Part shown: one piece after another, positions 59,206-64,000 of the stretch
How positions within the stretch are numbered: the first letter of the stretch is position 1
How the letters are laid out: the number at the start of each line of letters is the position of its first letter
Source of the DNA: Promethearchaeota archaeon
GTDB lineage: Archaea; Asgardarchaeota; Lokiarchaeia; Sigyniarchaeales; SOKP01
Reading direction: 5' to 3'
Length of the DNA stretch: 64,000 nucleotides
Assembly: GCA_016840165.1 (NCBI GenBank)
Contig: JAEOSU010000018.1
Coordinates: 28,902 to 92,901, forward strand
The notes under the pieces: generated by a model
What the model saw: the letters and a program-made list of their open reading frames with translations, nothing else
Database searches by the model: none
What the model was told of the DNA's origin: nothing
Position numbers and translations under genes: made by a program

Positions 59206-62079
59206 TTAGAATATAATCTTTTTATTTCGAGCCACTTTTTTAATGATTTCTATGCCCAAAATTCCCGGAAGGGCGAAAAGGATACATAATAACCAATCAG
59301 TTATGCTAAGAAACATGAAATTAATTTGGAAATTTAAACCAAACACTTCATTCACGTAAAAATTTACTTGATAAGAAAACATTATAAAAAGAATATGCAG
59401 ACCAAGAGTAAAAACAGAAATTAGAAGTAAAGAGCGTGAAAATTCTTCACGTACACTTTTTACAAGGGATTTATTTGGTCGTCGAAAGGTCCAGATAAAA
59501 GTAGTTTCAACAATGTATATCGTGGTAATGAACATAGTTCGGGCTTTTTGCTCAACTAATTCAGGATGAGGCGCAAGGGGATCAAAATAGCTTAATATCG
59601 GATTAAGGTTCCACTCATTCATTGGAATGATCTCTGCTAAACTAAATTCTAAAATTAGAACAAGCCCAATTCCCATTAATAGTGCTTGAAATATCAATAA
59701 AATCCACATATTCTTATTAAGTAATTGTTCCTCATCTCTTGGAGGTTCTTTCATCACGTCCAGAGGATGCTTATCAATTACAAGTGCTAAAGAGGGAAAT
59801 GAATGCAAAATGGCAAATATATATATATGCTGCCATTCAGAGCTAAATAAATTAAAATCAGGTATGAATTCATAAGTAAAAAAGATAATTGCTTCCATAA
59901 TATTGATACAAATAAAAAAGTAGATAATATTGCGGATCTTAGAGAAAAGACCTCTGCCAATTCTAACTCCTTTCTCGATTGAAGTAAAATTGTCATCAGA
60001 AATAACCATATCGGCTGTTTCTTTTGCTACATCAGTCCCTGTGATCCCCATGGCTATACCTGCATTTGCGAGTTTCAAAGCTAAAGCATCATTTATCCCA
60101 TCTCCTGTCATAGCGCAGATTTTATCTTGTTTTTGATAATTTCTTACGATAATCTCCTTATCTGATGGATTTACTCGTGCAAATACTGAAACTCTATTAA
60201 ACTCATCCATTGGAAGTGATGCGATATTGTTGCCCTCGATAACAAGGTCTCCTGGCTTATAGATATTCATTTGTTCTGCTATTGTTTTTGCCGTCGCTGG
60301 ATGGTCTCCAGTAATCATTATTACTTTTATTCCTCCTTCTTGACATTCCTTAACTGAAAATTTAACCCCATTTCGAGGGGGATCTAAGATTGAAACAAAA
60401 CTTAAAAAGATTAGATCTGTTTCATAATCATCCCTATTTTTACTTTCTAAAGAATCATTTATTTTATAGGCGATCGCTAAAGTCCTATATCCCATATTCG
60501 CGCGATCCTGTATTTGAGTAGAAATCTCCTGTTTAAAGTTAGAATCAAACGATTTTGTGTTACCATTAATTTCAATTTTGGAAGAATTGTTTAATATCCT
60601 TTCCGGTGCTCCCTTTGTAAAAATGTAAAAATCGTTAGGCTCTTTTTTAACCTGGCATATTGTTGTCATACGCTTTAATTCTGAATCAAAAGGGAATTCT
60701 TGTTTCTTTTCATATTTTGCTTTAATATCATAGGGTAAAAGTTCTGCTTTTTCAGCTAAAACTAATAATGCGGACTCTGTAGGCGAACCTAGAGCTTTTC
60801 TTACTGCTACTTGGTTCGTATCTTTCAATTTTACACGCACATCTTCATATATTAATTGGGCATTGTTATTTAACACGCAAGAATCAATAAATTTTTGAAA
60901 AGTCGTGTTCGATTTTAATTCACTTTCAGATACTCCATTTTCATCAAGGATTAATCCTTCCCCCTCATAACCAGAACCAGTGACAGAATATTCATGATTA
61001 TTTATCCAAAAATATTCAACGGTCATTTCATTTCTGGTGATAGTACCTGTTTTATCGGAACAAATAATACTAACCCTTCCTAAAGATTCAATAGCAGCAA
61101 GATTTTTCACAATAACTCCGTTCTTTGCCATGTTTAGCACACCAGTTATTAGGACAAGCGTTGTCAAAATTGGTAAATTGATAGGCATGACATTCATAGA
61201 GCGTAATATTGAACTCACCAGTGCTTCACTAATAAAAGTCCCAAAAAACTGATTCTGTATCGCTAATAAAATTAATTTATAACTGATAAGTACACAAAGA
61301 TTAATAATAACGATAAGACCTAATATATAGCCTAATCGGTTTAATTTTCGGGTTAGAGGTATATCTTCTATACTTCCCATTTCGTTCAACTGGGTAGAAA
61401 TCTTCCCAATTTCCGTATGCGCCCCTGTACCTATAACCAAAGCTTTCGCTCTGCCAGTATGAGCATATGTGCCCATAAATAACATATTCTTTTGTTTCTG
61501 AACAGGAGCATCAGATATCTCGAGGGTGACCACTTCTTTATCAACTGGTTCACTTTCTCCCGTTAATGAAGCCTCTTCAACCGTTAAATTAATTACTTCA
61601 ATTAATCGGGCATCAGCAGGAATTTTGTCTCCTTGATCAACTAGTATAATATCTCCAGGGAGGACCTCTTGAGTAGGTATTTCAAATTGAATTCCATCTC
61701 TTATAACATTAGCTTTTAGAGCAGCAATCCGTTGCAAGGATTCAAGTGCTTTTCGAGCTCGATATTGTTGGATAATAACAGTAACCGAGTTCAAAATGAC
61801 AACGGTAAAAGTAATATATGTTGAACTTGGAGAACCAAGAATTAAAACTAAAATTCCTGAAACGATTAATATGACGATTAAAAAATTGAAAATAGGTGCA
61901 AGATAAATTTTCCACAGCGATTTTTTAACTTTCGGTAATTCATTATAACCATATTTTTCATATAATGTATTTAAATTTGAGAGCTTGAGACCTTGAGTTA
62001 AATCAGTCTCAAATTTATCTTTTAGTTCATTAATTTCCCATTTATAAAATTTATCTTCGGAGATTTCAGCATACTGCAT
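59206..62079 (-). CDS. P-type ATPase, tandem paralogue with non-canonical transport site (M4 PINLP)
   Basis: TGES, DKTGTIT, KGAPE, DPPR, MITGD and TGDGIND are intact; M4 reads VMPINLP. Confidence 0.92.
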   Translation of the reverse strand: MQYAEISEDKFYKWEINELKDKFETDLTQGLKLSNLNTLYEKYGYNELPKVKKSLWKIYLAPIFNFLIVILIVSGILVLILGSPSSTYITFTVVILNSVTVIIQQYRARKALESLQRIAALKANVIRDGIQFEIPTQEVLPGDIILVDQGDKIPADARLIEVINLTVEEASLTGESEPVDKEVVTLEISDAPVQKQKNMLFMGTYAHTGRAKALVIGTGAHTEIGKISTQLNEMGSIEDIPLTRKLNRLGYILGLIVIINLCVLISYKLILLAIQNQFFGTFISEALVSSILRSMNVMPINLPILTTLVLITGVLNMAKNGVIVKNLAAIESLGRVSIICSDKTGTITRNEMTVEYFWINNHEYSVTGSGYEGEGLILDENGVSESELKSNTTFQKFIDSCVLNNNAQLIYEDVRVKLKDTNQVAVRKALGSPTESALLVLAEKAELLPYDIKAKYEKKQEFPFDSELKRMTTICQVKKEPNDFYIFTKGAPERILNNSSKIEINGNTKSFDSNFKQEISTQIQDRANMGYRTLAIAYKINDSLESKNRDDYETDLIFLSFVSILDPPRNGVKFSVKECQEGGIKVIMITGDHPATAKTIAEQMNIYKPGDLVIEGNNIASLPMDEFNRVSVFARVNPSDKEIIVRNYQKQDKICAMTGDGINDALALKLANAGIAMGITGTDVAKETADMVISDDNFTSIEKGVRIGRGLFSKIRNIIYFFICINIMEAIIFFTYEFIPDFNLFSSEWQHIYIFAILHSFPSLALVIDKHPLDVMKEPPRDEEQLLNKNMWILLIFQALLMGIGLVLILEFSLAEIIPMNEWNLNPILSYFDPLAPHPELVEQKARTMFITTIYIVETTFIWTFRRPNKSLVKSVREEFSRSLLLISVFTLGLHILFIMFSYQVNFYVNEVFGLNFQINFMFLSITDWLLCILFALPGILGIEIIKKVARNKKIIF

Positions 62080-62190
62080 TATTCAAACTAAGAACAATTT
62101 GCCATTTAAATATATATAATTAGGAGTTCATACTTTATTAATAATTAATATGGAAAGTATATAGTGTTTTTAACATATTTAAAATATCAT

Positions 62191-63156
62191 TTATTTCATA
62201 AAGTCTTCAGGATCCCCTAATATATCCTTCAAGATGTTAAATTTCTTTCTTATTGTAGTACTTGAAAATTTACTCGCTTTTTCAATAAGATACTGGGTAA
62301 ATATTTTAGGATTATCTAAGGTTTGCCCAATATAATAAATTAACCCCGCGGTAAATGCTTTATAGTTTGAGTTTTGTATGTCCTCATAAGAAATTTGATT
62401 GAGAATATTATTTGCTCTTTTTAGCATTTCAATCTTTGATGTTTGATATTCTGTTTTACTCTGGAAATGGCTCTTGACCTCTTCATAAGGGATTTGATTC
62501 AAATCTTTTTGGAAAAGGATTTTAATTTTTTCTTTTATCTCATTTTCTAAATCATAAATCGTTTTAGTTTGTTTATTAAAGGTATCTTCAGTGCGTTTCA
62601 CTTTTTGCATCGCATTATTCAGCATTTTCTTGTTAATTTTATGTCCTAGCTGTTGAGAAGCATCAATAAATTGCTCTAATCTTATATGAGTGGTATCTTT
62701 AATTGCCATCCATACAATAGCAAGAAAAATTATGACCATATTTTGATATGTATGGCGATGATATTTATTATATTTAAGATATCGATCTTTAATTTCCTTA
62801 TATTTTACACTATCAATGTTCAATCCAATTCCATAACTCTTGAGGAGTTCAATTGATTTTTTTTGCTCAGTAAAACTGGATTGATAATCACGATACCATT
62901 TATTTAAAGTATTGATTTTATCATATTTCTGCTTGATTTTCGGATCTCGCATGGCTCTTGAATCATTTTTTCGAATACGTCTTTCATAATCTAATTGGGA
63001 ATCAGAAAAGAAACGTGAATCAGAAGAATCTTTATATGGTCTTTTATCATCCAATATTAATCCACAATCTTGACAAATTAAATCACCACCTTCTTCTTTC
63101 ACGTTCTTGTGTTCGCATTCTATATTTACATTGTTTTTCTTCTTTTTATTTTTCAA
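62191..63156 (-). CDS. Divergent transcription factor B (TFIIB/TFB)-like protein
   Basis: N-terminal Zn ribbon CEH...LICQDCGLIL; cyclin-repeat-like AGLIYY...TQ..I.KA.KFSSTTIRKKF C-terminal HTH. Confidence 0.7.
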   Translation of the reverse strand: MKNKKKKNNVNIECEHKNVKEEGGDLICQDCGLILDDKRPYKDSSDSRFFSDSQLDYERRIRKNDSRAMRDPKIKQKYDKINTLNKWYRDYQSSFTEQKKSIELLKSYGIGLNIDSVKYKEIKDRYLKYNKYHRHTYQNMVIIFLAIVWMAIKDTTHIRLEQFIDASQQLGHKINKKMLNNAMQKVKRTEDTFNKQTKTIYDLENEIKEKIKILFQKDLNQIPYEEVKSHFQSKTEYQTSKIEMLKRANNILNQISYEDIQNSNYKAFTAGLIYYIGQTLDNPKIFTQYLIEKASKFSSTTIRKKFNILKDILGDPEDFMK

Positions 63157-63318
63157 ATTGAACTCATCAAGTCGAATATGATAGATTTATGAAATTTCAC
63201 AAAATTCAGAAGATATAATATTATAAAATTTTATTTAAATTTTTATAAAATGAGTTCAAAATTAATATTATTAAATTCATTATTTATTTTTATTACTTTA
63301 GAAAAAGAGTAGGATATT

Positions 63319-63879
63319 ATGAAACGCCACTTTGTTCTTCGCTATTTAAAGCTATGGAATTTAGGATTTTGTTTAGTTTCGGGTTTTGAGCTTGTTGCAT
63401 TTATAATTGTAAGCTTTTTTACACCTATTTTTGTAGTAAGCCAAGATTATACGGTTTTTTCTTTATTCTTTATTTCCGGTTTGAGCCCTATCCACATGCC
63501 AGTATTATGGTTGTTGATATTTATCTCTATATTTATCTTCCTAATTTTTGCCTTGTCGCTACTCATAATTGCAAGAAATGAAAAAATAGAAAATATAACT
63601 TACGCAAAAATTTTGCTTTCGAGTGGCTTTTTCCTTTTAATTGCGAATTTTATAAAAGCCGAAGCAATCTATATTTTATCGAAAAGTATAATTGATCCGT
63701 CGGGATTATCCCTTATATTTGAACTCTTATTATACAGTCCAGCAAGTACTCCATTTTATGGCGCGGCGCTTTGGATATATTCTACAGCATCAGTGTGCAC
63801 ATATCTAATTTCAGGTTTAGTTTTTGCCGCAATAGGCTTGAAGTGGATGCTATTATTAGAGAATAAGAAATTAGCTTAA
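63319..63879 (+). CDS. Hypothetical polytopic membrane protein
   Basis: About 4-5 hydrophobic helices. Confidence 0.7.
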   Translation: MKRHFVLRYLKLWNLGFCLVSGFELVAFIIVSFFTPIFVVSQDYTVFSLFFISGLSPIHMPVLWLLIFISIFIFLIFALSLLIIARNEKIENITYAKILLSSGFFLLIANFIKAEAIYILSKSIIDPSGLSLIFELLLYSPASTPFYGAALWIYSTASVCTYLISGLVFAAIGLKWMLLLENKKLA

Positions 63880-63927
63880 AGTTGAAGAAAAATATCATAA
63901 TTCATTACGATTCTTTTTTACAGAACT

Positions 63928-63999
63928 TCAACCATAAGCAGTAATCGGTTTTATTACTTCAAATTCCTGTAGTTTAGACTTACTCACTTTGATTAAATT
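63928..63999 (-). CDS. Possible 3' end of a gene entering from the right edge (partial)
   Basis: Minus-strand open frame NLIKVSKSKLQEFEVIKPITAYG ending in TGA at 63928-63930. Confidence 0.3.
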   Translation of the reverse strand, partial: NLIKVSKSKLQEFEVIKPITAYG

Positions 64000-64000
64000 T

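Noticed and set aside
56115-62079. Calling the two P-type ATPases Ca2+-ATPases, or bona fide P4 flippases
   Set aside because: The Ca2+ site II ligands are absent, yet the A-domain motif is TGES (not DGET) and no CDC50-like gene is visible, so neither label is supported.
1368-63161. Many short ORFs in the track antisense to or nested within long genes (e.g. 11537-11965, 25799-26242, 39208-39552, 43018-43341, 58537-58860)
   Set aside because: Shadow ORFs overlapping well-supported genes, with no recognisable motifs.
1-64000. rRNA, tRNA, CRISPR arrays, transposases or integrases
   Set aside because: No GC-rich structured intergenic stretch, regularly spaced repeat or recombinase motif was visible. 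A small RNA could still be missed by eye.

Overview
AT-rich, gene-dense archaeal chromosome segment, very likely from an Asgard archaeon (Lokiarchaeia-like). The assignment is inferred from archaeal markers (eL13, TBP, TFB-like, UPF0147, MtrH, archaeosortase) together with five Ras-superfamily GTPases and longin, roadblock and TIR domains. I see about 55 CDSs and no rRNA, tRNA, CRISPR array or transposase. The left half (about 4-31 kb) is rich in eukaryote-like signalling genes. Four small GTPases (two Rag-like, two Rab-like) are fused to an N-terminal longin/uDENN domain resembling folliculin/SMCR8, and three of them keep the D-x-x-[AR]-R-G loop that carries the GAP arginine finger in eukaryotes. 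The same region has a stand-alone Rag-like GTPase next to a roadblock protein, and a 7TM protein with a TIR domain whose catalytic Glu appears replaced by Gln. The right half is mostly amino-acid, lipid and organic-acid metabolism and transport. It ends in two tandem P-type ATPases whose ion-binding PEGLP motif reads PINIP/PINLP, reminiscent of the P4 flippase PISL motif. Other oddities are an NrdD homologue lacking its catalytic residues and glycyl-radical domain, an eL13-HhH fusion, a CWH43-like protein and a clear TetR operator pair. All family calls come from motif recognition by eye and reference motifs recalled from memory; no searches were run.
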